The position numbers were made by a program, and so were the translations under genes. The notes under the pieces are model-generated. The model was not told where the DNA came from, did no database searches, and saw nothing but the letters and a program-made list of their open reading frames with translations. Shown in pieces: positions 24,538-38,800 of a stretch of 64,000 bases of DNA. The DNA comes from Amphiscolops sp. MND2022 (taxonomy: Eukaryota): assembly GCA_964187785.1 (NCBI GenBank), contig OZ076409.1, forward strand, positions 38,256,001 to 38,320,000, read 5' to 3'. Positions within the stretch are counted from its first letter, which is position 1. Every line of letters starts with the position of its first letter.

Positions 24538-26579
24538 GTATTGTACAATAACTTACCTATTTGTCTAGACTGCAGCACGTATTAAAATCTACGGAAGCAC
24601 TACGTGAAATATCCAAAATGATTTTAAGCAAAATAAGATTTCCGGTTTAAAGTTTTCACACGTAGACATTTTTGTTACTTCCGGTTTCAACGGCTGAAAA
24701 TTCCATGTCAATCTAAATATTAAGAAAGAAAGACATTCATAACACTGGGATCATTTTTCTCCCTTCCACACTGAAATGAAAACACTAAAACAATTATTTA
24801 ATTCCGCGATCCCAACGGAACTCATACGATCTAAAATGAAAAGAACATCAAAATAGTATAGCAGATTCAATTTGGAATCTAAAGTAGTTGTAAGAAAGCC
24901 TCTCAAATTACAGTCAAGTAATCTGAGCAAACTTTTACAACGTTATGACAGCGTCACTCAGATAAACAAGTAACAGGTATTTCTATTTTTACGGACCAAT
25001 AGCGTCGCTGCTAAGACCGGTATATTTGCGCTCACACTAGTAAGAAACCATTCCGATGACGTCACTAAGAATGAATTTAAAGATGGCGAATTTACTCCGA
25101 GCTTGCTCCGCTAGCAGCTAAGAAAGCTATACTCAATCTTAATACGTACGGAGCGCTTACGGAGCGAATTATAAACCGAGAAAGTTATAGCCAACCTTAA
25201 TACATAGGGAGCATTTACGGAGCGTTTACGGAGCAAATTGTAATAGATGAAGCTATACCTAATGTTAATACATGTAAAACAACCGTGGAAAATTCTAAGA
25301 CTTAGAGAATATTCTAATACATCAGGACATTCCTGAGAACATGTAGAATCACACTAAAACATTCAAAACACTACAAGTTTTCACTTTTTCCATCCGGATT
25401 TGTCCCGTTTCGTGATCAACTAGAACATTCGTGTTGCAGATCAGGACAGAAGAAAATATGTGAAACAGGTGCTCTCTGTTGTTGAAACGGTATTTTATGT
25501 TTGTTGTAGTTTGTGATGAATTATGTTTGTTATATTGTTTAAACCAATCGATGCATGTAAATTACAGCCAGAACATTTAGCTCAATTGTTGCATGTAAAT
25601 TACAACCTGAAGTTGTGTTTTGTTACAATAACCCAATCCCCGATATGTGCTAATTACTCTCCAGCATCATTTGTTTCTTTCTGAAATGTTTAGCACTTTA
25701 GTCTAAAATTCATCCGCGGTGTTTCCGTAACCATTTTTGCTTGTCATACTTTTGTTGCGAACGGATGTTCTTCGCTAGACAGAGAGTGAATCATTGTTCA
25801 CGTCAGCGTGCCTTTTGCGATAGAAATTCAAACTAGGCATTTATTTTGCCGCCTTTTCCGTGATGAAACCGGAAATGGGAGTGTTGAACAAAAATGATTT
25901 CAACAAGTACTCCGTAAGGGAATCGTAACTAGGAATTTAAAATTGTGAACAATTAATTAAAGGGTTGAAATAATATGGATGATTAAGCATTTTGGTTGAA
26001 CAAAACCGATTTTTAGGATTCCTAGGAATTTTTAGGTGAGGAACAAATGATGCTGTGAAAGTATATATACCTAAGAATTTGTAAATCTGTTCAATCTGTT
26101 TCCTGATCTACTCCGTTAACACTTCGTTTCGAAAACCATTTTTCTTTGAAGAATTCAAACCTTTCCAAAGAACAGTCTCTCTCACGTTCTATCAAAAATG
26201 ACTACTAGAAGTCAGAAGAGAAAAGCTGTTGAAGAACTAGTTTCCACTGAAATGGAGACCCCAATAACTGAGGTTAATCAAAACCTAAATCCCGTAGCGG
26301 GGTCAAGTAAATCTCCTAGAGTAACCACTGAAAATCTAGAGGAAATCAAGTCTTCACTAAGAAAGGAAATCATGTTTGATCTCACCAAAATTTTAGCCGA
26401 AAATCAAAAGGAGATGTTAAAACTAATAGCTGCTCCTGTTAAAAAACAAACTGTCATAGCTACTGCTGAAGAAACAGATTCTGAGTCCGAAAATATTCCG
26501 GAAAACATAACTTCGACACCAATCAAAAATAAAACCACTGCGACTAATCGAAAAATCACCCCGATAAATAGTCGTAACA
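24443..26579 (+). repeat. 3' LTR (2137 bp)
   Basis: Direct repeat of 10676-12811, followed by the TSD ATATT. Confidence 0.97.
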
Positions 26580-29422
26580 ATATTCAATACCTTCGAAGTA
26601 ATTATACAATGCTTTCGAAGGAAAGACTTTTTCGGACAATGATTCTTTTTCCACCCTACCCCCCTTTAATACACCTCGATTCGGATGCCCATAAAAAGAG
26701 CATTTTATTCGTGAAAAGATTGTTTCACGGATAACAGATAAAAGCACTTTTTATGGTTACAAAGACTTAAATACTTCGATGATTGTCTCTACAGCTGTGT
26801 TGGCGCATCGAACTAGATTCAGAAAAACTAGAAAGAAATAGGCCAATTTACCTAACTCCAAAAGGCTGTAAAATCGTGTAAAACTGCATTTGAGCGCTAC
26901 TTTCAACCCAATGGACATATTTTGACCCAAATGAAAGATTTAGACTGAAAAAGTAAAAATCGATAACAAAACATTTTAAATTCTTGTCTTCCGTCCCATT
27001 TTGGATTCCCTTTCGAAAGTCAGTGTATATTCGGACTTTATTCTGTTTATTGTACCTAACTTGTTATGAACACCAAATTTGAGCTACGTGGGTGTCAGCA
27101 AGACACATGAGTATTATTTGCAAACCTCGTTGATTACTTGTGTATATAACATGTGTAAACCTATGCCTAAATCATGCTTAAATGTCTGCTTTTCGTATTA
27201 ACTTTTACATATATTGATACATGCCTACAACTCAGATAAGTATTTTGTTCCAACTCACTTTACATATCAAGGCGCTTGTATGATGATAGTAAAGTTAACT
27301 GCAAACATTCGTCATGAGTTATTTACTGTGTGCTAAAGTAACCAGAGTTGACTCCAAAATTCAAAACCAAGTAGAGATCCAAATCGGTCGACTTTCCTAC
27401 TCAGGTATTGAAGAAAGTGGAAGCTTGGAAGTTTCTCGTGCAACCAATTCAGTTAACTCTGGCTATTGAAGAGCTTTTTCAGAGTTGAACAAGTGATATA
27501 CTGTTTCGAAATTCCAAAATCAATGAACTTATATTGCATTAATTTGCTATATTTTGGCTTGAGAAAGTTATCGTGGACGCAAGGATTTGGTCTTATCGTT
27601 TGGTTTAGCAGATCAATCACACTACCGCAGATCGAAACGCCTAAGTTGATTCTTATAGTCACGGTTTGGAAATTCAAAGTTACTTCGTTTGTGAAACAAT
27701 AAGTGCAAAGTCAAAGATGCAGTATTTGCTTCACGGACTTCAGAAACTTATTCAAAGTAACGCCAGCTCATCTTTCAATTCGAGCTAGATGCGATTTCAT
27801 CTATTCAAAGTCTCGAAAACCAGAAACCTGTTAATTCCTGATAGCCAAGGAAGAGGGCTCGAAATAGCTATTTTTCATTGCTTTATCACTGCCGGGAGCT
27901 AAGGAAGAACAAATTTACAATGTTATTCCCAAAACGTATCTTCATATCATCGTCCTATCCATAGGAGGTAACAATTTATTTGCTGTAACGTCAGAAAACT
28001 TTGTTCGACAGATATCAGATCTTGCAAATCTTTATTAACCAAAACCAAAAGGGTTTTTGTACTTGGTATACCTTTAAGCCACTCTCAACCTCATCTACTA
28101 GTAGCAAAAAATAATTCTTCACTGACTTCTCGTCTAGGAGGCTGGGAATTAACAGTTTCCAGTTACGTGTTTAGTAATATGCATTTAAAAAATAATAACG
28201 TTCATTTGAACTCCAACGCATTGAGTTTAATCACTTATATTCTGAAAAGCAAGATACTTTACAACAGATATTGCCCAGAGATTGCAAAGGACATCTCAAA
28301 GTTATTGTGTGATTGTGTGTAGTGGATTTTGCGAATGACTTTCCTGGACAAATCAGTTTTAGAATTGTTCGCAAGTTGTCAACCAAATTATCCAGACGGA
28401 TATTTTTCTGACAAAATAGCAAAAAATCACGCCTTGAACAAGCCGAAATTGCATGGAAAGGCACCTATTTCAACGCAAATTTTCCGGCGCAACTTCCGGC
28501 GTAAATTAAAATTAGCGATTTTCAACTGTGAATCAATGTCAAAGATAGGATTATGTCGACATCGATTATAGTGGACCAAAATTTCATCGCAAAACGATGC
28601 CGACATGGTATTCCCAGCGTGTTTCTTACCCCAATCGCCCCAAGACCGCTTGGGGGAATAAAAAACACAGCCCGCTTTTTCTCGTCGGCTTACTTTTTTT
28701 CAAATATAGATGGAAAATGTTTTAGCGCATTGCGTCCTGATCAATGTCAAATCTTGAACCGAAACAAACTTGGTCGCTTCTTTGACAGCCCAAACGGTTG
28801 TGCAGTTTCTAGTCCATTAAATTGATTGCGAAGGTCATTTGATGATATTAATTTTGTGGTAAAACATCAAAATATATGCTACTCGATAATTTACGCCGAT
28901 GAAAATTTAATTTTGAATCAATGTTATATAAACCATACTACTAGAAGAAACGTGTTTCAACTCCAATAACCAAGAGGTTTCTCAGTATCTATGAACTGAC
29001 TGAAGTTGAGCCAGATTTGTGGCAAATGTGCTTGATTACGTAATTGATTCCCAGCTATTGTCGAGTTGGAGTTCAGATGTAACGGTGGAAACTTCGCGAT
29101 GCAATCACTCGAAGGTAAGAAACTTTAAATATAAAACCTTTTATTCAAAATAACCTCGAAGTAAATTTACCTACCCGCAAACCCGATGAAGACAAATGAC
29201 TGACAATCATTACGTAACTCCAGCTACAAGGAAATCTTGTTCAATTATCATCAGCAAAAATAAGTCATTTTCAAACAATCTAATTAAGTAGTAACAGAAG
29301 TAAATTCTTCATTTGCGGTGAGCTGAGTTGATAATTGTGACACTTCGAAAAAGCTTGGAAGATTTCATGGTGGAATTAATCTATTTTTACACAATTTACA
29401 AAAAATCCTCCATCTTCATGGG

Positions 29423-29875
29423 CAGGGGTGTTCAATAAATAATTACGGGTAAGAATAATTATAATAAATAAAGTAAAATAATTTATTTTTACACTCAAAT
29501 GAATAAAAATAATAATTTTTGGACCTGTTAAAATAAAAATACTTATTGTTGAGATAACTGAAACTAGAAGCGTTCAGTTCAACATATCGTCAGCCAATTA
29601 AATTCGAAAATACTGAAATCTTGAGCTAATTGCTAGAAATACATTTGTCAAGTACCTTGGGCTACTGGCTCAAAAGGTCGAAGAGTTATTTAAAAAGCCA
29701 TGTCGCCGCCTTTTGGCCTGATTATGGACAACCAATTTAAGTTTTTGTTGATATCCGGTTTTCGCTGAGAATAAAAATAATTATTTTAGCAAAAAAATTA
29801 TTCTTTCCACAATGAAAATAAAATAATTCATTTTTAGGCAATAATAATATTTGAATAAAATATTGAACACCCCTG
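29423..29875. mobile_element. hAT-type MITE
   Basis: Perfect 15-bp TIR CAGGGGTGTTCAATA; 8-bp TSD TTCATGGG at 29415-29422 and 29876-29883. Confidence 0.92.
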
Positions 29876-29887
29876 TTCATGGGTGTT

Positions 29888-32800
29888 TCAGTCTCGGATC
29901 TGATCGGTGATGAAGGACACGTTCATATCTCTCAGGAAATGTTTCTTCTCCGCTTTATTTACAGTCCAGGCAACTACATTAACTCCTCCGCGGTCGTTCC
30001 ACCAGGTTGGGTACTTTCTGTGAAGTGGGAAATGAATTAATGTCAAAACGTGATACAGTAGGCCCTAATATCTCTGCTGGCAATTTGGAACATCATGACC
30101 ACGTTGAAACGTCAAAAACGTGTGACATTGTTTCCGCTATATGACTTTTAGATTCACATACAGCCAAATACCAGACATATTTCATGTCAAACAAACGCGC
30201 AATTTTTGCTGCCATACGGGAACACAAATATTACGTTAGATTCCTTTCAGAATTCCAAAATTTGCGCTTCAGCAGGATAATGTGTACCTAAAAAAGGTTA
30301 TTTTCATCTCTCAATATCAAAGTCAATTTTACCGAGACTCATATTTGTGTAACAAGGTACTATAGTTTTGTGATTGATCCATGAAACCTCTATTTGATAA
30401 TATTTTTTGGAACACTATTGTCTGATAAACTCTTAAGAAACTATTGATTTAAAAAACACTGTATTGACCTTTGTTACTAAAATCATGAAAGTTTCAGTCA
30501 AAAAGTAGTGTACACATACAATTAAAAAATATTGAGGTTGAAATTAAAAAGAAAAACATTTATCTAAATTGATAATCCCTTCAACATTTTTTATTTTTTA
30601 CCGTAATCGGGTGTATCTACTCTTTCAAGTTGTTTGAGGAAAAAAGCTTTGGTCTTGTGCTTTATAGTTATATATGAATACCATTTAGTTTTCAAGTTTT
30701 TCGGCAAGGTGTTCCATAGAGGAACTGTTTTCTTAAAAAAGCTGTTTCTCATAAAAGTACCCTCACAGCGCCTAGTATATACAAGTAAATCTGTTCTTTC
30801 AAGAAATCTGAGCTGAGCGGTTGATGGTTCATTTTCACCGACAACAGCTGGGGTCATTTTATTTTTATATTTCCAAAGATAAAGTACCTATTTCATGTTG
30901 AGCAAATATCGTACCGGTAAAATTTTATACTGTAATTTAATATCTGAGGAAAGATCGTATTTAGTGCAAAAAAGCATGCCTCAATAGCCCCGTTAAGTTG
31001 TTTCTCTAACGTTGTCATTAGATTCTCAGTAATTCCGTTCAATAGAACAGCCGAGTACTGTAGATGACTAACTACCAATGCAATTAACAGCATCTATCGT
31101 GTTTTTTCAGGAAACAGATCTCGTATTGAGTATAGACATTTGATACAACTCATTTCCTGCAAAATATTTTTTACTTCATTTTGAAATGTAAGATTCTGAT
31201 CAAGCATAAGTTCAAAAAAAGCTTAAGTTGTTCGATATCTTTTTCCAACTTGTTGAGAGCATGATTATCATCTTCATCAGAACATTGTATCATGGTATCG
31301 TTTGCATATTGTACCAATTTACATTGATTGGAGATGGTCTGTTTCACGCTATTTACATGAATATTGAAAAGGAGTGGCCCTAATACGGTGCCTTGAGGAA
31401 CACCTTGATATAATTCAATCATATCAGAATTACATGAATCTAGTGTGACTTTCTGAATTCTTCCTGTGATATAGTTCTTTACAACTGAAATTGCTTTGTC
31501 CTCGAAATTGCTTTAATTTTTCAAAAAGGATGCAGTGTGATATTGAATTAAAGGCCTTTGATAGATCAAGGAAAGCGGCCGCTACAGTGTTTTTTCATCA
31601 ATTTGTTTTCGAATGGTCTGTGTTGCTAAAACCAGCGCATCTGTTGATGAAAAATGAGAGCGAAAACCGAACTGACTGTAACTTAAAGGATTATTTTAGT
31701 TCAAAAATTCGACGATTTGACCCTTCAAAACGGTTTCAAAGATCTTTGATAGAGCCGAAGTGATGGAAATTGGTCGGTAGTTGTTAGGTTCTTCGATATC
31801 GCCTTTTTTGTAAATTGGTACAAGAAATGCTTATTTCTGATTGAACTCACCTATATCTAAGAAACTGTTTATCATAAAGCATAGAGGTTCAGGAACAACA
31901 TTTAGGCAATCTTTCAGAGCCCATGCAGGGATAGATGATGGGCCCAAAGCTTTATTGATGTTTAACTTTTTGATCAGTTTTATGCATTGGAATTGAAACC
32001 TTTTTTGACAAAAAACTTCTATCGATTTGGAAATGATTTTCGTTTCACCAAGGTAGTCACCCAATTTGGAGAAGCGATAGTTCAAAATGTTGGCAACTTG
32101 TTTTCTTAAAGGTTGGCAATTTCTTAAGCTTCTTATTTCTGTTTTGGTTCGTTTCTCATTCCTAACTTCATTGATAAAATTCCATTTTCCCTTTTCAGTC
32201 GTGAAAATATTTTTTTGATCGTTCATTCGATCGTCCTGAATGTTGTCGAGAAACTGACTTTTTAGTGCTGTGTAGACTGTGCTGTTAGGTTTCATATTCG
32301 ATGTTATTCCATTATAAAGTCTTTTCGTTTCATTTTTGATCCATTTCTGACGTATGACTAAGTCACTTTTGTCGTTCCTGATGAATACCTTTTTTCGGAG
32401 CACACTTTCGAAGCGCAATTTCAATAATGTCATTGAAAACAGATAACATTCCTTCTGGGCAACTCTGACTATAAAAATTACTCCAGTTGCTTTCGGATAT
32501 TAATTGACAGAAACTGTGTTTATCATAATTTGTTTTATCGTAGACTTCTTTGATAGTAACTTTTGATTTCTCCTTCATTTGAATCTACGTTATTGTTGAT
32601 GTTACCCAGTGGTCTATTTCAAAATACTATCGTTTCAAAACACTTAGAATTCGGGAGATTAGTAATAATAAAGTCAAATAATGATTGACTGTTTCCTTTT
32701 ACCCGAGTTGGTTGCTCAGTATTCATAATCTGCAGACCATATGGTAAAAGTATTGCTTCAAGATTTTCTTTCTCTTTGAGGTTCAGATAATCTATGTTAT

Positions 32801-35800
32801 AATCACCCATGAGTGTAATCGGTTTGTTTTCTACAATAGCTGAGTCAATGCTTGTAGATAATTCTTCCAAAAAAATTATTAGAGATTTATTCGGATTGTA
32901 ACTGATAATAATCAATTGCTTCTTTTTGTTTGTTCCATTATTAATTTTACACTCGACCATTATTAATAATATTCCATTATTATTAATATTATTCCATTAT
33001 TCATATTACACTTGAATATCAAGTCAAATGCCTTCGATAAGAGTTTCTTCAATTTTAGCAAATTTATATTTGTGCTTATTTGAAAAACTTCAGTTAGCAA
33101 GTAGCACCTCTTTGTGTATTAATGTTAAGACTTGGTTTGCAATTCAGAAACAATTTGAATTGGCTTTCTTTTCTATTCAAGTTCCAACTTATCATTGTCT
33201 ACTGATGGTACAGCCGAATTATGAGGCCCTCGGTGTCGAATGAAGCAATTCGACATTTTCAGAGGGTCAAACTTTTGGAAAATAGAGGAATATAAACAAA
33301 GCTAAGATACAAGGAACTTTGTTTTTTTGGAAAGACTGAAAAAAATTTTAGGCGTTCCAAACCCTATGACCAAACAGAGGTCCAATCATTTTATCGCAGG
33401 ACTCTAAAGAGAAAGATACACAACAACCGCTTGGGCAGAAGACGAGATTTTTGGGTTACATGACATTTCGTCCTATACACTTTCGACCTATGCAATTTCA
33501 ACCGTTGCCATTTCAACCGCTCACAATTTCAACCTATTGCATTTTCAACTGTCCGCAATTTCGACCTAGACTAATTTTGGCTACTTAGTCTTCATTCAGT
33601 TGAGCTATTATTTCAGTACAATAATTAATAATGAATCAAACATCCCTAACTATTGGTAATTATTGATGAAAAAAGCCAAAACATCAAAACTGGCGTGAAA
33701 ATTAGCACATTTGAATTTAGAAATGTATGAAAAATAAAACCACCATAATAATTATGTAACTAATTAGGATCCATTAGCCAAAATTAGTTTAGGTCGAAAT
33801 TGTGGACGGTTGAAAATGCAATAGGTTGAAATTGTGAGCGGTTGAAATGGCAACGGTTGAAAGTGTATAGGACGAAATGTCCTGACAACGATTTTTGATA
33901 CATCTCACATCAAACTTAAACCAAACTGACTGAATTGGCAAAAAAGGCACGGTGTCCCTCTAACTCTGGCAAATTGGTAAATATGTAATTAGGAGGAATA
34001 CGCCTAAGCTTACAGTCGAGTGGTGTCATCTGTTCCACAGTGAAAAAAGATTCATTAAAACATTCAATGTGCAATATAACATATAGTGTTCTCAGTAAAA
34101 AATGAATTCAAGTTCTACATTCGATACCTTATATGAGACCGTACATCAAAAATTGACAGAGTTGTCTTATATCCGAAACACATCTTTTGGAAGAAGGGAC
34201 ATAGTAGTACTGTGTTGCTCCTATTAAAGGCAAATTATTTACTCGCTTCAATTATAAGACACCCCGCAAATCAAAGGCTCAATATTCTTTCACTGCCAAA
34301 AAGACTGAGTATGATGAGAGAATGAGCTGATTCGACAATCAAAAATGTCTTTTTGATTTTTTATCGGTCTCAATTTCGTTTGGAAGGAAAAAGTCGGTTT
34401 GAAATTTGAATTCAAAAATTGTTCATAAATTCCAAAAATTTTACTCAAATGAGGAATTATAAACACTTATACGCACTCGCCCCAATTCGAATGAAAATCA
34501 TCCCTGTTAATAATGTGTAATTTGGCACATGGAGCGGATGTTGAGGCGGTATTATAACAGAACAAGACGGGAACGTCTCAAGTCTGCGCCCCGTTAAAGG
34601 CTCAAAAAGGCGAAGTTTTCAGAAAATGCTTGAGGCGTTTTCAAGGAAAATCTTAAACACAGAGGCGAAGCGGTGCTTCGCAACACATGACGAAGACATC
34701 GAATATTTTAATATGCGTATATATATTATTTTAATCGGATGCGTATATATTCAACAGTTCAACTTTATTCAATAACGTCCTTATGGCACAGTGGTTAACA
34801 CTTATGCCGCGCAATCGGGAGGCTGCAGGTTCGAATCTCTCAGGGGTTTTGGCTTTTCTCTAAAAGGCGCTCATTATGAAGTTGGCTATTGTGGAAAAAA
34901 AAACTTTCTTAGCTGGACTGCAATGCACATTGACTTCGTCATGTGCAATACATACGAGTGCCTAAAATACACAAAGTGATGCTCGGAAAAGCTTTTCCCT
35001 AACTGAAAACATTAAAAGAAACAAAATTGACAAAAATTTTTATCGTAATTTTTTTTTCGAAAGTCGCCGACAAATCTGCAGGACTCTTGCCCTTTTTTAA
35101 AAAGCAAAGAGGGGCTCTCTTGAAGTCGGACAGTGCCGAAAAAACCGTTCGGTTCCATGAAGTTTCGCGAATAGAGTGAAACTAAGAAAAACTCATAGGC
35201 AGACCCTTTGGCCTACCCTTTAGAACTTAGGCGTAACAAAAAAAACTTGCCATTGTAAGATTCCGGCACTTGTTTCAAAACCATCTGACTAAAAACACGG
35301 TATTAATGAGAGGGATACAGAGAAGCGAAATTACTTGTCAATGACATCTTGTGAGACGGATACAGCGTTGAAGGGGATCAAGAGGCGGTTCACGTAGTAG
35401 AACATGAAGTAAGCCAACAGTTGCACAATGGATGCAGGAATAGGGGCATATGGGTAGTTGCCAAAGTAGTCCGTCGTGACGTCGTAACCAGCATACAGCG
35501 GAACCAGCTCTATCTTTGGGTTCGTGTATTTCATCTGCAATGACATCATAATCAACTTCAACTGTTCCAAAATTATACCAATTAATCAAAGTGCAGAGTC
35601 TCGAGACGTGACAAGATGACGCGACACCGGGTTTAATTCAACAGACCCGAAGATGCCAGTTGTTGACATGACTACGGATCAGATGATATCGGACACGACG
35701 GTGAATGGCGACTAAAATTGTGGGTGGCTTCTATGTGCCAGAAAACGCTCCAGTGGTGTTTCATTCGTTTGAGAATTTTAAAAAAAATCAGCTAAATTGG

Positions 35801-38800
35801 ATCTCCGTCTCTCAGCTAGTTTGAGATGACAATTTAGCCTCCGGTTTCCTTTGGATAATTTTGTTTTGAGATTAATCTGATCGAGAAGGCTATTGTTAAA
35901 GAAGAGGAACAGTTAGAAAATGGAGATTTAGTTGGCTAAAAACATCTTCAAAAACTGCAAAAGTTCCAAATTTTTGTAGTTTTGAAAAACATTCGGAAAC
36001 CCAGTAAGTACGACTAAAATCATCCGAATCTGGAAGAACCGAACCAAACCGAACCGTTTTGACTTGAATGAAAGAGAATGAGAGATTGGACGCTCTTTGC
36101 TTTGAAGCTACAGTGCAAGCACTGTTTGGCGCCCTATTAATCAGTCAGTAGTTTATACTTCCTTTATGTCGAAAATTTCTACCTCACTGTTGTAAACGGA
36201 ATAAGTGTTTGATTCCCGACAAGCAAATTATTTCTGATAAATATCATGACAAGAGTAACCCAGGATAAAAAGGTGCACTTTTCAGATTCAAATAACATTC
36301 CGACTAAATCAAAAGAATTATTACTAGAAAAGATTTCACACTAGATACCAAGGTTAAGTCATGAACACTTCGGAAATTCTTCTTGAAATTTTGCAAGTGT
36401 GTTGGCATTTTCGTCAAAGTGCCTGCTTAGAAAACCGAAAAAAAAATCATCTCAAACCGAACAATGAGATGAGGAATTTTTGGAAGATGTAATTTTAGAA
36501 GACTTTGAGTTGATTGAGTCCGAATAATCCATGTTTTACCAAATTAGCGTATCTCGACTATCTCACTCGATGAGACCTTTTAAAAGAATCGTGAAGTTGA
36601 GACTTTGTATATTTCAAACTGGGTTCATACTCATTTTTCAACTGCATTTACATGTGTAATCAAAGCTGTATAAAATGTTTTAGTTAACGATTCTATCTTT
36701 AAACACTTTCATTTCCGTGGGTAAAGAGAAATACAGAACTAGAGCGAAGTTCCACAACAAATCATTTGATCAAACCAATATGACTTGATGTTTCCCACGG
36801 AACTATATTAAATAGATACAGGGGAGTTAACCAAAAATTATCTAAGGTTTGATTTCATTTCATGTCTTTTGTAACATTTGTCGGTTGTAATGACTCATTT
36901 CTCTTTTCAGCTTTTCAGAGACTGCGAGCCGTGTTGCGAGTAAGGCACCTTTAGGGTGGAAATACTGCCAGTGTCAATTCTGTCTGTTATGATGGATATT
37001 CTCTGGTTGACGAAATCTATTTTTATATCGCCATCATTAACAGTCCAAGCGACTACATGTTTCTTCTTCTTATGCCACCATCTCACAAATTTCCTGGTAA
37101 ATCAAATCAATAATCATACATGAAGTTCAAGAATCTCGTATTACCATTTAATAAAATATGAAGTTACCGTAAAAATTCATTCTATTGGGTGCGCCATGTA
37201 GATGTCATTATTGGGATGACCTAAATTTTTACTATTCAGTCAACAAACTTGGCATTGCTTTTCACATTCGGTGGCTACGCGAACTCAATTATATCAACAG
37301 TAACATCACAAGTAACATTGCAACATGGGAAAACCGAAAAGTTTCCAAAATGATCAGACGGAGATTAGCAAAAGAAGTAAGTGACGATCACTTCAATCGA
37401 AAGAAAAGGATGAGAAAAGTTTGTAGACCAGTGAACTTACTTAGTGATCAGGGAATATTCCACAGAAACGACATCAAATGTCAAGAACAAGCGATTGACG
37501 TAGAAAAAGAGAATGTAGGATAGCAGTAGAGAAAAGAAAAGCTTGATTGTTTCAATTAGATCTCGAAACGATTCGATGTTGGTTTCTCTCAAGGGCGTGA
37601 ATCCTTCGTAGATAGGAACTACCTTGATAGCTTTTTTCGCTGCAAAGGTTACCTGAAAAAGCGAGCTTTAGAGGTCGTGATTCAACCTCACGAAACAGAT
37701 TTGTGATTGAAGTAAAAGCTTCAAATCAGAGCTTGGTGAACCGCAGAAAAAAACTTTAGAATTTTGTTTTCACACTTGAAAATTGTCAACAAATTTTCAC
37801 ACTTGAAAATTGTCAACAAATTGTTTCTCCAAGTCAGAATACATCCTTTTAATTTTTACAGGTGATCTCGAATAAGACCCTACCCAGTTATAAACAGGCC
37901 TTAGTTATTATCAGTTTCCCAGGCACGCATCGATTCACTGCTCGAATCACAACTCGCCAGAACAACTAACGTGTGTTGTATTGCATCACGATTTAAAACT
38001 CAAAAAACTTCTAACGAGACCTTATTGCGGAAGTTTGACTCTGAAATAAACCATCCAAAGCTATCGTACCTTTCCTTTAAAAGATTCGAAAATGCTATCA
38101 GAGTTTCTTTTGAATCACTAATTCAAACTGTGTTCAATTTTTCGACCCACTGGCAAAGTCTAAGCACGCACTGAAACCCCCTTTGAAGTACGCCATGAAC
38201 ATAATGTTAGCATATCATGTTTTGAAAACGCCAACCACCTTGTTTGACCGCTTTTAAATTGCTAAGTAAGATATTCGTTAAAAGGCTCTTCAGACGCCCA
38301 ACTTTTTAAATTTCGCTAGGTAAAATGAGAATTACTATTGAAATGGGTACTAGAGAGAAGAAAGAAAACAGCGATACCTTTGGATTATTAGATAACTTAC
38401 TCTGTAGAGGAAAGAATAATTGAAGGCACATATGGCAGATCGTGAGTACATTTGGGGGTAGCGCTCAAACAAGTCCAAGATCTCTTCAATAGTCTAAAAA
38501 ACAGATCGGTTCCACATTCGAAAGAATAAGTGTTTGAAACTCGTCTAACACAACTATATGCTTTCTGTGTAGGTCGAAATTGTGGTAAGGGGACTTCAGT
38601 AAAATTGAGAGATCTTTTCAGCGATTTAATAGCTGGGCATCCTTCATTACACAGAACACATTACTTCATTGTGCTTCTACTCCTGAATTTTATTAATTAC
38701 TATACTTGACACACTGGCAGACTTTGTATATATGATTTTCACAGTGTGTGGAAATCTTTCTGAATTTTTTTTGATGTATCAAACAAGATATTGGTGGCCA

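Larger units (their letters stand above)
10676..26579 (+). mobile_element. Full-length Ty3/Gypsy LTR retrotransposon, 15.9 kb, with two extra genes
   Basis: Direct LTRs TGTCACGAC...GTCGTAACA; 5-bp TSD ATATT at 10671-10675 and 26580-26584; domain order gag-PR-RT-RH-IN. Confidence 0.97.

Noticed and set aside
37787..37822. Short local duplications (also ~4675-4745 and ~32957-33001)
   Set aside because: Ordinary slippage-type repeats with no further structure.
35335..38400. Docking-site/selector pairing controlling the GDE1 alternative exons
   Set aside because: Only 6-8 bp AT-rich matches found by eye, not distinguishable from chance.
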